From an uncultured Candidatus Babeliaceae bacterium (GTDB lineage Bacteria > Babelota > Babeliae > Babelales > Babelaceae), in contig OY969927.1 in the NCBI GenBank assembly GCA_963704655.1, positions 256,001-320,000 on the forward strand: a DNA stretch of 64,000 nt, written 5' to 3'. Position numbers and translations under genes: made by a program. The stretch's first letter is position 1, and each line of letters starts with the position of its first letter. Positions 8,201 through 18,200 of this stretch are shown here, one piece after another. The notes under the pieces are model-generated. The model was given only the letters and a program-made list of their open reading frames with translations. It was not told the origin of the DNA and did not search any database.

Positions 8201-10191
8201 GTATTACTTCAGGTACTCAAAATGTTGCTGTTGGCTATTACGCACTTAATGAAGATACTACCGACAACAATAATACTGCTTTAGGGTATCTGGCTATGAT
8301 TTACAGTAGTGGTGGTTCAAATAATACTGCCTGTGGAGCTTATGCATTACAGTATAATAGCGGGCATGATTCTATAGCATTTGGGAATTCCGTATTGCAA
8401 AATAACCAAACCGGTAACAGCATCGGTATCGGAAATTATGCTTTAGAAAGCGCTGGAAGTAATGTTTCAGATCTCATAGGCATTGGGTATCAAGCTTTAA
8501 ATCAGGTGTCTTCGTCAGGGTCATATCCACAGGGGGATGTTGCTATTGGGTCCAATGCTTTAGCCTCTCAGTATTATAGCGCGGGTTCTGTTGCCATAGG
8601 CTATTATAGTTTACGTACGCCCGTTTATGCACAAACCTTTTCCGGAAGCAATATAGCAATTGGCTATCAAACACTGTATAGTAGTGGCTCTACTAGTGAT
8701 AATATTGCACTTGGATCAAATGCTTTATATTCAAACGTTCTTGGCGAAACGCAAATCGCCATTGGGCACCAAGCGTTAGAAAATTTTACAGGTGAAAGTA
8801 TTGGAAATCCTTATGGTAATATAGCGATTGGTTATAATGCGTTACAAGCAAATCTAACGCGTTATATCATTGGGGTAGGTTCTGGTGCATTAGCACAAAA
8901 TACTACCGGCTATCAAAACGTTGGCATTGGTTATTATGCGTTAAACTTAAATACCACCGGAACTTCGAATGTTGCCTGTGGGTATCAAGCGCTTAATAAC
9001 TCTGCTAACTCTTGCAACAGCGCTTTTGGCGCATCAGCATTATCAATAGCATCAGGTTCCAGCAGACTAAACACTGCTGTTGGCTGCAATGCTTTAGGCA
9101 ACTTACAGACGGGTGCGAATAATGTCGCGCTTGGTTACTCAGCAGGGTTAAATTTAATCAGTGGTTCAGGAAATATCTATATTGGTGCAAATATACAGCC
9201 AGTAGGGACATCAGAAAATAATACCATACGGGTTGGTAATATTACCGGTACGCCAATATCAGTCGGAACAACGGTTGTTTCTGATATACAAAATAAAATC
9301 GGTGTTGCCACATCATCGCAAAACTTTAAAAACAATGTTCTGCCTATAACAACTGAGTCAAATAATATCTATGAGCTTAATCCGGTATTATTTACCTATA
9401 AAGATGATCCGCTCAATACCATTCAATATGGTTTTATCGCAGAAGAAGTTGCTACCATCTATCCAGGAACCGTGCCACTTGATCAAAATGGTATGCCCTT
9501 ATCAGTTGATTATCTGCAATTTGTGGCGCTGCTTACGAGTGAGATGCAAAAAGTGCATACTGTTTTACCCTATACAAGCACGTGTAATGTCGTTGTGGGC
9601 GCGCAGTCATTGCCAGAATTAACAAGTGGCACTTCAAATACCATAATTGGTGCTCAGGCAGGCTCAAATATCATCACGGGGTCACAAAATATCTATCTTG
9701 GTTGTGCAGTTACGGGCTCAGGAGATGAAAGCAATGTGATAAGAATCGGGGTGCAAGAGATGCAAACAGCTGCTTATGGTGCGGGCGTGTATAATCAAGC
9801 ATGCGTGCCAACAAATTTGCCGGTTATGATAGATGACACCGGAAAACTTGGTACCGTTTCGTCATCACGGCGTTATAAACATACTATTCAAGATATGGGC
9901 AGCATAACTGATAATATCTATGCATTACGTCCTGTTACTTTCAATAATCTTGAATATGGGCTTGTTGCTGATGAAGTTGAAGCGATCTTTCCAGGAATGG
10001 TTATTAAAAATAATGCTGGCTTGCCAGAAGCGGTTCAATATCAGTATGTGCCTATGATGATGCTTAATGAAAGAAAAAAAGATCATGCCCATATTAAGCG
10101 GCTAAAGGATACCGTCAAAAAACTTGCCAACAGGCTTGCTGAATTGCAGGAAAAATGTGATGCGCTATGCAAAAAAGCGCATCTTACTTGA
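5230..10191 (+). CDS. Giant secreted fibre/adhesin-like protein 1 with tandem Peptidase_S74 chaperone domains
   Basis: Signal peptide MKQYLYAAIAAAMLCLVSVNA; YVLKAGDIMTGDL tail-fibre motif; 15x36-aa repeats; NxAxGxxAL repeats; SSQNFK...YGFIAEEV and SSRRYK...YGLVADEV; terminal coiled coil. Confidence 0.9.
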   Translation: MKQYLYAAIAAAMLCLVSVNAHINSLDKAFEALHGLEDALENNNQSGLSSDLVILVLHDLACYLEQDSALSIDEHAALAKRVYQLAKNLNLLTRAPRFDAPVIPQTGILEENYYRTRDLYLRNLLITGSLILNGQQIGGNVPSGLYVLKAGDIMTGDLTMANQQGIVFEDLTYTGSVILTAPALVTTSYTLELPSQPGAAGTILATDGGNPAILSWELPVSLFTATVQLYGDVIGSTSADTINTICGQQACAIVTTVTSASSGNVCGTLVKRDANCNFSANLITATATNALITQTALYAQSAGSANFAFTSSSALYSTTAQYATNALLSVTSQYAAQAGTVNFAFTSSSALYSTTVQYATNALLSVTSQYAQQASSANFAFTSSSALYSTTVQYATNALLSVTSQYAQNAGSVNFAFTSSSALYSTTAQYATNALLSVTSQYAPQAGSVNFAFTSSSALYSTTAQYATNALLSVTSQYATNAGSVNFAFTSSSALFSTTAQYATNVLLSVTTQYAQNVNSANFVFTSSSALYSTTAQYVTNALLSVTSQYAAQAGSANFAFTSSSALYSTTAQYATNALFSVTSQYAPQAGSVNFAFTSSSALYSTTAQYATNALLSVTSQYATNAGSVNFAFTSSSALFSTTAQYATNALLSVTSQYATTAGTVNFAFTSSSALYSTTAQYATNALLSVTSQYVPCADSANFAFTSSSALFSTTAQYVTNALLSVTSQYVPCADSANFAFTSSSALFSTTAQYATNALLSVTSQYAPCADSANFAFTSSSALYSTTAVYATNALLSVTSQYAAQAGSANFAFTSSSALYSTTAVYATNALLSVTSEYFTGQLYGDVMGTQTATQIVTICGVPACNLVQAFSMVLSATSCDSPLTLILRDTTGSFEATTITLMGNSLINYSEYGDCDTGQNFIFAPLNYNTIIGINANNNSPSVGSGNTVYGFNALANNSMADDNTAIGADALANTISGQLTAVGSGALSSITSGTQNVAVGYYALNEDTTDNNNTALGYLAMIYSSGGSNNTACGAYALQYNSGHDSIAFGNSVLQNNQTGNSIGIGNYALESAGSNVSDLIGIGYQALNQVSSSGSYPQGDVAIGSNALASQYYSAGSVAIGYYSLRTPVYAQTFSGSNIAIGYQTLYSSGSTSDNIALGSNALYSNVLGETQIAIGHQALENFTGESIGNPYGNIAIGYNALQANLTRYIIGVGSGALAQNTTGYQNVGIGYYALNLNTTGTSNVACGYQALNNSANSCNSAFGASALSIASGSSRLNTAVGCNALGNLQTGANNVALGYSAGLNLISGSGNIYIGANIQPVGTSENNTIRVGNITGTPISVGTTVVSDIQNKIGVATSSQNFKNNVLPITTESNNIYELNPVLFTYKDDPLNTIQYGFIAEEVATIYPGTVPLDQNGMPLSVDYLQFVALLTSEMQKVHTVLPYTSTCNVVVGAQSLPELTSGTSNTIIGAQAGSNIITGSQNIYLGCAVTGSGDESNVIRIGVQEMQTAAYGAGVYNQACVPTNLPVMIDDTGKLGTVSSSRRYKHTIQDMGSITDNIYALRPVTFNNLEYGLVADEVEAIFPGMVIKNNAGLPEAVQYQYVPMMMLNERKKDHAHIKRLKDTVKKLANRLAELQEKCDALCKKAHLT
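6133..7752 (+). repeat. Coding tandem repeat, 15 x 108 bp (36 aa)
   Basis: AGSANFAFTSSSALYSTTAQYATNALLSVTSQYAxx counted 15 times. Confidence 0.95.
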
Positions 10192-10259
10192 CGTTATTAT
10201 TATTCGCATGCTAATAACAACTACAATATCTATGTTAAAAAAAGAGAGAGTAAGTATCT
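10188..10259 (+). promoter_or_regulatory. Conserved fibre-gene leader, copy 2
   Basis: TTGACGTTATTATTATT...TGCTAATAACAACTACAATA...A7-GAGAGAG...ATG. Confidence 0.8.
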
Positions 10260-13200
10260 ATGAAGCAGTATTTTTATGCAGCAGTTGCTGCAGCAATGTT
10301 ATACGCACTATCTATGCACGCCCAGATAACATCACCAGATCAAGCCTATGGGGTGTTGCAGGAGCTTGAACTGCTCACGCAGGGTGATCAATATGATGCA
10401 TCACAAGATAATGTTATATTAGTGCTCGATGAGCTTGTGCGTTATCTTGAAAGCGATATACCACTTTCAATGCATGATCGTTTAGCATTGAGTAAAAAGG
10501 TAAGTCAGCTTGCAAAATCTCTTAATCTTCAGACACGCGCGCCTCGTTTTGATGCGCCAGAAATACCACAAACAAGTATACTTGATGAAAATTATTATAG
10601 AACCCGTGATCTATATTTGCGTAATCTTTTAATAACCGGTTCTCTTATTTTAAATGGTCAGCAGGTTGCTGCACATGTTCCAAGTGGGTTGTATGTATTA
10701 AAAGCTGGTGACACCATGACGGGTGATTTAACTATGGCAAGTCAGCATGGCATCGTGTTTGATGATGCTGCAACCGGCTCAGTTACTATCATAGCACCTG
10801 CAACTGTTTCACCCACCTATACACTTGAGTTGCCAACGCAACCGGGTGCAATGGGGACCGTTTTAACAGCAGATGGTAATAACCCAGCACAGCTTTCTTG
10901 GCTGCCAGTTACTGTTGTTACCACAGCAACTATTCAACTTTATGGTGATGTTATTGGCTCATCAACTGCAACCATAGTAAATACTATTTGTGGTCAAAAG
11001 GCATGTAACATTGTTACTACGGTAACTACCGGTACAAGTAACAATGTCTGTGGCACATTGGTAATGCGTGATAGCGACTGTAACTTTTCAGCAAATATCA
11101 TTACGGCAACGGTAACCAACGCGCTTCTTTCACAAACAGCATTATATGCGCCATGCGCAGGTTCTGCTAACTTTGCTTTTACGTCTTCTAGTGCGCTCTA
11201 TTCAACAACGGCAGTGTATGCAACAAACGCATTGCTTTCAGTAACGTCACAATATGCAACGCAAGCGGGTTCTGCTAATTTTGCCTTTACGTCATCAAGT
11301 GCGCTCTATTCAACAACGGCGCAATATGCAACAAATGCTTTACTTTCAGTAACGTCGCAATATGCAACACAAGCGGGTTCTGCTAATTTTGCCTTTACGT
11401 CATCAAGTGCGCTCTATTCAACAACGGCGCAATATGCAACAAATGCTTTACTTTCAGTAACATCACAGTATGCAGCACAAGCAGGTTCAGCAAACTTTGC
11501 CTTTACGTCATCTAGCGCGTTATATTCAACAACAGCGGTCTATGCAACAAATGCATTACTATCAGTAACGTCGCAATATGCAACACAAGCGGGTTCTGCT
11601 AATTTTGCCTTTACGTCATCAAGTGCGCTCTATTCAACAACGGCCCAATATGCAACAAATGCTTTACTTTCGGTAACGTCGCAATATGCAACACAAGCGG
11701 GTTTTGCTAATTTTGCCTTTACGTCATCTAGTGCATTATTTTCAACAACAGCAGTATATGCAACAAATGCATTACTTTCGGTAACGTCGCAGTATGCAAC
11801 GCAAGCAGATTCGGCTAATTTTGCCTTTACTTCTTCTAGTGCATTATTTTCAACAACGGCAGTTTATGCAACAAATGCATTACTTTCGGTGACGGCACAA
11901 TATGCGCCATACGCAGATTCTGCTAACTTTGCCTTTACTTCTTCTAGTGCATTATTTTCAACAACGGCCCAATATGCAACAAATGCATTACTTTCGGTAA
12001 CGTCGCAATATGCAACACAAGCGGGTTTTGCTAATTTTGCCTTTACGTCATCTAGTGCATTATTTTCAACAACAGCAGTATATGCAACAAATGCATTACT
12101 TTCGGTAACGTCGCAGTATGCAACGCAAGCAGATTCGGCTAATTTTGCCTTTACTTCTTCTAGTGCATTATTTTCAACAACGGCAGTTTATGCAACAAAT
12201 GCATTACTTTCGGTGACGGCACAATATGCGCCATACGCAGATTCGGCTAATTTTGCCTTTACGTCATCTAGTGCGTTATATTCAACAACAGCGGTCTATG
12301 CAACAAATGCCTTACTTTCAGTAACGTCACAATATGCGCCATACGCAGATTCTGCTAACTTTGCCTTTACCTCATCAAGCGCATTATTTTCAACAACAGC
12401 CCAATATGCAACAAATGCATTACTTTCGGTAACGGCACAATATGCAGCAACCGCAGGTTCTGCTAACTTTGCCTTTACTTCTTCTAGCGCGTTATATTCA
12501 ACAACTGCGCAATATGCAACTAATGCATTGCTTTCAGTAACGTCGCAATATGCGCAAAACGCAGGTTCTGCTAACTTTGCCTTTACGTCATCGAGCGCGT
12601 TATATTCAACAACAGCGGTCTATGCAACTAACGCATTACTTTCAGTAACGTCGCAATATGCAGCACAAGCAGGCTCAGCTAACTTTGCCTTTACGTCATC
12701 AAGTGCGCTCTATTCAACAACGGCCCAATATGCAACAAATGCATTACTTTCGGTAACTTCGGAGTATTTCACCGGGCAATTATATGGCGATGTTGTGGGA
12801 ACACAAGATGAAACTCAAATTGTCTCTATCTGCGGCGTGCCTGCATGTAATTTAGTACAGACATTTTCTATGGTACTTTCAGCAACATCATGTGATAGTC
12901 CGTTAACTCTTATTTTGCGAGATGACACTGGCAGCTTTGCAGCAACAACTATTACTTTAACGGGCGATAGTCTTATTAATTATAATCCCTATGGTGATTG
13001 TGGCCCTAGTTCTGGTTTTATCTTTTCTCCCATTTATGACAATACGATTATTGGTTTAAATGCTAATAACAACGACCCATTTGCAGGTTCAAATAATACC
13101 GCATATGGTTTTAATGCCCTTGCAAGCAATTATTTGGCAACTGACAACACGGCAATTGGGGTAAATGCACTCAGTAGTAACACTATGATTAGTCAATTGA

Positions 13201-15182
13201 CCGCAGTTGGTTCAGGTGCATTGGCGCAAAATCAATTCGGTTATAACAATGTAGCTGTTGGCTATTTTGCCCTTAATGCAAATTTAGATGATTACAATAA
13301 TACTGCTTTAGGGTATGAGGCTATGAGTAACAGTAGTGGTTCAAATAATACCGCATGTGGGGTGCAAGCATTACAAAATAATACCGGCGGAGATAATATA
13401 GCAATAGGCTTAGAAGTATTGATAAGTAATACTGGTAGCCGCAACATAGGTATTGGAAATTATGCTTTTGGAGAAGCCGTTTGTAATGCATCAGATTGTG
13501 TCGGAATAGGTTATAAAGCTTTAGCAAATCTAACTAACTCTAATTCTCAAGGTGATATTGCTATTGGAACCAATGCTTTAATGAGTCAAATCAATAGCAC
13601 CGGTTCTGTGGCAATTGGTTACCAGGCGTTACAAAACCAAAATACGCTTTACCCGAATGTGGCCATTGGATACCAGGCAATGTATTATAATAACAGTGGT
13701 ATATATAACACCGCAGTTGGCCCCAAAACTTTATATTATAATACTTCTGGAAGCGGGAATGTCGCTATCGGTAATCAAGCATTACAAAATTCCACTTTAA
13801 GTGATAATACCGCAGTTGGAAGTTTTGCATTAGAATTGAATCAAGTGAATCAAAATACTGCAATTGGGTATCAGTCATTAACAATGAATACCTTGGGCGT
13901 TCAAAATGTTGCCGTTGGGTACCAAGCATTGAGCAAAAATACCACGGGCTCATCAAATGTTGCATGTGGGTATCAAGCGCTTGCTAACTCTGTTGGATAT
14001 GGCAACAGCGCTTTTGGCACGTTCGCATTGGGATCATTAGTTTCTGGTTCACAAAACACTGCTGTTGGTGACGGCGCTTTAGGCTCATTGTCCTCGGGTA
14101 AAGGAAATACTGCAATAGGTTATTATGCAGCGTCTAACCAGCCAGGTGGTTCAGGAAACATCTATATTGGTGCAAGTATAGGGGCACAAACAAATGAAAG
14201 TAATACTACACGCATTGGTAATATTCTCAACACGTCAATAACAGGCGGAACAACGGTTGTTATTGATGCACAAAATAAATTAGGATATCTCGCGTCATCG
14301 AAAAATTTAAAAAACAACATTGTGCCTATAACGACAGATTCAAATAATATCTATGGGCTCACTCCAGTATCATTTACCTACAAAAATGACCCGTTAAATA
14401 CCATTCAGTATGGTTTTATTGCTGAAGATGTTTTTACCATTTACCCGGGAACTGTGCCTCTTGATAAAAATGGTTTGCCTTTTTCTGTTCAATACCACCA
14501 ATTTGTACCCTTACTTATCAATGAAATGCAAAAATTACATACTGTTTTACGGTATACAAGCACGTGTAATGTTGCTGTGGGCACACAGGCATTACCAGAC
14601 GTAACCAGTGGTGTTTCAAATACGGTAATCGGTGCACAAGCAGGCTCAAATATTATCACCGGATCACAAAATATCTATCTTGGTTACGGAGTAACCGGAC
14701 CAATAGATGAAAGTAATGTGATAAGAATCGGGGCGCAAGATACGCAAAAATCGGCGTATATTGCTGGTATTTATAATCAAGCATATGGGGCAACTGCCCT
14801 GCCGGTTATGATAGATGAAACGGGAAAACTTGGTACTGTTTCGTCATCGCGCCGTTACAAAAATAATGTTCAGGACATGGGTACTCTCACACAAGATATT
14901 TATAAGCTACGGCCTGTTACCTTCAATTACAAAAATGATACAACAGGTCATCTTGAATATGGTCTGATAGCTGAAGAAGTGGAAGCTATTTATCCAGGAA
15001 TTGTTATTAAAAATAGTGATGGTTTGCCTGAAACGGTTCAATATCAGTATTTGCCTATCATGATGCTTAACGAGCAGCAAAAAGATCATGCCGAGATTAT
15101 CGAATTACATGGTGCAGTTTATGATCTTACGCATAAAATTGCAGAATTAGATGCAAAAATAAATGCATTAATTAACCAGTAA
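10260..15182 (+). CDS. Giant secreted fibre/adhesin-like protein 2 with tandem Peptidase_S74 domains
   Basis: Collinear paralog of 5230-10191; SSKNLK...YGFIAEDV and SSRRYK...YGLIAEEV. Confidence 0.9.
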   Translation: MKQYFYAAVAAAMLYALSMHAQITSPDQAYGVLQELELLTQGDQYDASQDNVILVLDELVRYLESDIPLSMHDRLALSKKVSQLAKSLNLQTRAPRFDAPEIPQTSILDENYYRTRDLYLRNLLITGSLILNGQQVAAHVPSGLYVLKAGDTMTGDLTMASQHGIVFDDAATGSVTIIAPATVSPTYTLELPTQPGAMGTVLTADGNNPAQLSWLPVTVVTTATIQLYGDVIGSSTATIVNTICGQKACNIVTTVTTGTSNNVCGTLVMRDSDCNFSANIITATVTNALLSQTALYAPCAGSANFAFTSSSALYSTTAVYATNALLSVTSQYATQAGSANFAFTSSSALYSTTAQYATNALLSVTSQYATQAGSANFAFTSSSALYSTTAQYATNALLSVTSQYAAQAGSANFAFTSSSALYSTTAVYATNALLSVTSQYATQAGSANFAFTSSSALYSTTAQYATNALLSVTSQYATQAGFANFAFTSSSALFSTTAVYATNALLSVTSQYATQADSANFAFTSSSALFSTTAVYATNALLSVTAQYAPYADSANFAFTSSSALFSTTAQYATNALLSVTSQYATQAGFANFAFTSSSALFSTTAVYATNALLSVTSQYATQADSANFAFTSSSALFSTTAVYATNALLSVTAQYAPYADSANFAFTSSSALYSTTAVYATNALLSVTSQYAPYADSANFAFTSSSALFSTTAQYATNALLSVTAQYAATAGSANFAFTSSSALYSTTAQYATNALLSVTSQYAQNAGSANFAFTSSSALYSTTAVYATNALLSVTSQYAAQAGSANFAFTSSSALYSTTAQYATNALLSVTSEYFTGQLYGDVVGTQDETQIVSICGVPACNLVQTFSMVLSATSCDSPLTLILRDDTGSFAATTITLTGDSLINYNPYGDCGPSSGFIFSPIYDNTIIGLNANNNDPFAGSNNTAYGFNALASNYLATDNTAIGVNALSSNTMISQLTAVGSGALAQNQFGYNNVAVGYFALNANLDDYNNTALGYEAMSNSSGSNNTACGVQALQNNTGGDNIAIGLEVLISNTGSRNIGIGNYAFGEAVCNASDCVGIGYKALANLTNSNSQGDIAIGTNALMSQINSTGSVAIGYQALQNQNTLYPNVAIGYQAMYYNNSGIYNTAVGPKTLYYNTSGSGNVAIGNQALQNSTLSDNTAVGSFALELNQVNQNTAIGYQSLTMNTLGVQNVAVGYQALSKNTTGSSNVACGYQALANSVGYGNSAFGTFALGSLVSGSQNTAVGDGALGSLSSGKGNTAIGYYAASNQPGGSGNIYIGASIGAQTNESNTTRIGNILNTSITGGTTVVIDAQNKLGYLASSKNLKNNIVPITTDSNNIYGLTPVSFTYKNDPLNTIQYGFIAEDVFTIYPGTVPLDKNGLPFSVQYHQFVPLLINEMQKLHTVLRYTSTCNVAVGTQALPDVTSGVSNTVIGAQAGSNIITGSQNIYLGYGVTGPIDESNVIRIGAQDTQKSAYIAGIYNQAYGATALPVMIDETGKLGTVSSSRRYKNNVQDMGTLTQDIYKLRPVTFNYKNDTTGHLEYGLIAEEVEAIYPGIVIKNSDGLPETVQYQYLPIMMLNEQQKDHAEIIELHGAVYDLTHKIAELDAKINALINQ
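11157..12776 (+). repeat. Coding tandem repeat, 15 x 108 bp (36 aa)
   Basis: Same unit as 6133-7752; span is exactly 1620 bp. Confidence 0.95.
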
Positions 15183-15187
15183 TTTTT

Positions 15188-15229
15188 TCAAGAGAGATAT
15201 GTTTTTTTACTATTATATATCTCTCTTGA
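15188..15229. terminator. 13-bp perfect inverted repeat, possible terminator or operator
   Basis: tcaagagagatat-N16-atatctctcttga right after the stop of gene 2; right arm overlaps the TTGAC of the next leader. Confidence 0.55.
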
Positions 15230-15298
15230 CTCATTTATTATTTACATGTTAAGAACTACTACAATATCTACATTTTAAAAAAAAGAGAGTTAGTAGTT
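15226..15298 (+). promoter_or_regulatory. Conserved fibre-gene leader, copy 3
   Basis: TTGAC-N16-TGTTAAGAACTACTACAATATCTACATTTT-A8-GAGAGTTAGTAGTT-ATG. Confidence 0.8.
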
Positions 15299-18200
15299 AT
15301 GAAGCAATATCTTTATGCAGCAATCGCTGCAGTTGTATTATTTGTGGCATCTTTACAAGCAGAAATAACCTCATTAGATAAGGCTTATGGGGTTTTACAA
15401 GAGCTTGAAATGTTCGCACAAGGCGATCAACTTGAAGCATCGAGTGATTCTGTTATGTTAGCACTTGATGAACTTATACGTTACCTTGAAAGTGATACAC
15501 TGCTTTCAGCAAATGTTCGTTTGGATATTTCAAAAAAGATTAATGTTCTTGTTAAAAAAATTAATCTGCAGACACGTGCGCCACGTTTAGATGCACCAGA
15601 AATACATGAAACTACAATACTTAATGAAAATTATTACCCAACGCGCGATCTCTATTTACGCAACTTACTCATTACTGGCTCGCTTATTTTAAATGGCCAG
15701 CAGATCGGCGGTGGCGGCAGTGTGCCAAGTAATCTCTATGTATTAAAAGCTGGCGACACCATGACGGGCGATTTAACCATGGCAGATCAGCACGGCATCG
15801 TCTTTGATGATACCAATTCTGGTTCTATAACTATTACTGCACCAGCAGCTGTTTCACCTGCTGGGACAAACTACACATTTGAATTACCCATAAATGCTGG
15901 CGGAAATGGTCAAGTTTTAACTACAGATGGCGGTAACCCAGCAATGCTTTCCTGGCAACCGGTTACTGCAATAGTAACAGCAACTATTCAATTATATGGT
16001 GATGTTGTTGGTTCAACATCTGCAACAAAAGTCGCATTTGTTTGCGGCGTGCCTGCATGTAACATTGTTCAAACCTATTCGACGGTTCTGTCTGCAACCA
16101 GTGCTAACCAGTGCGGCACACTTGTCTTGAGGGACAGCAACTGCAACTTTTCTGCTAATTTAATTACAGCAACGGTGACAAATGCACTTCTTTCACAAAC
16201 AGCGTTATATGCAACAAATTCATTACTTTCTGTAACATCGCAATATGCACAAAACGCAGGTTCGACTAACTTTGCCTTTACATCATCGCTTGCACAATAT
16301 GCATTAACTTCATTAACTTCAACAAGTGCACAATATGCAACAAATTCATTACTTTCTGTAACGTCACAATATGCAGCGAACGCTGGTTCAACTAACTTTG
16401 CTTTTACGTCATCGCTTGCACAATATGCATTAACAGCATTAACATCAACAAGTGCACAATATGCAACAAATGCGCTACTTTCTGTAACATCGCAATATGC
16501 AGCGAACGCTGGTTCAACTAACTTTGCTTTTACGTCATCGCTTGCACAATATGCACTTACTGCATTAACATCAACAAGTGCACAATATGCAACAAATTCA
16601 TTACTATCGGTAACGTCACAATATGCAGCAGTAGCAGGGGCAACTAACTTTGCCTATACATCTTCAAGTGCATTACTTTCTACAAGTGCACAATATGCTA
16701 ATGTTGCTGGATTTACTAACTTTGCCTTAACAGCATCAAGCGCGCTGCTTTCAACAACGGCACAATATGCAGCAGTAGCCGGGGCAACTAACTTTGCCTA
16801 TACATCTTCAAGTGCGTTACTTTCTACAAGTGCACAATATGCTAATGTTGCTGGATTTACTAACTTTGCCTTAACAGCATCAAGCGCGCTGCTTTCAACA
16901 ACGGCACAATATGCAGCAGTAGCCGGGGCAACTAACTTTGCCTATACATCTTCAAGTGCGTTACTTTCCACAAGCGCACAATATGCTAATGTTGCTGGAT
17001 TTACTAACTTTGCCTTAACAGCATCAAGCGCGCTGCTTTCAACAACGGCGCAATACGCAGCAGTAGCAGGGGCAACTAACTTTGCTTATACATCTTCAAG
17101 TGCATTACTTTCTACAAGTGCACAATATGCTAATGTTGCTGGATTTACTAACTTTGCCTTAACAGCATCAAGCGCGCTGCTTTCAACAACGGCACAATAT
17201 GCAGCAGTAGCCGGGGCAACTAACTTTGCCTATACATCTTCAAGTGCGTTACTTTCCACAAGCGCACAATATGCTAATGTTGCTGGATTTACTAACTTTG
17301 CCTTAACAGCATCAAGCGCGCTGCTTTCAACAACGGCGCAATACGCAGCAGTAGCAGGGGCAACTAACTTTGCTTATACATCTTCAAGTGCATTACTTTC
17401 TACAAGTGCACAATATGCTAATGTTGCTGGATTTACTAACTTTGCCTTAACAGCATCAAGCGCGCTGCTTTCAACAACGGCGCAATACGCAGCAGTAGCA
17501 GGGGCAACTAACTTTGCCTACACATCTTCAAGTGCGTTACTTTCCACAAGTGCACAGTACGCTAATGTTGCTGGATTTACTAACTTTGCATTAACTGCAT
17601 CAAGCGCGCTGCTTTCAACAACGGCACAATATGCAGCAGTAGCCGGGACAACTAACTTTGCCTACACATCTTCAAGTGCATTACTTTCTACAAGTGCACA
17701 GTACGCTAATGTTGCTGGATTTACTAACTTTGCATTAACTGCATCAAGCGCGCTGCTTTCAACAACGGCGCAATACGCAGCAGTAGCAGGGGCAACTAAC
17801 TTTGCCTTTACATCATCGCTTGCACAATATGCATTAACAGCATTAACATCAACAAGTGCACAGTATGCAACAAATTCATTACTATCGGTAACATCGCAAT
17901 ATGCAGCGAACGCTGGTTCGACTAACTTTGCTTTTACATCATCGCTTGCACAATATGCATTAACAGCATTAACATCAACAAGTGCACAGTATGCAACAAA
18001 TTCATTACTATCGGTAACATCGCAATATGCAGCAAACGCTGGCTCAACTAACTTTGCCTTTACATCATCGCTTGCACAATATGCATTAACGGCACTGACA
18101 TCAACAAGTGCACAGTATGCAACAAATTCATTACTTTCTGTAACATCGCAATATGCGCAAAACGCGGGCTCAACTAACTTTGCTTTCACGTCATCAGTTG

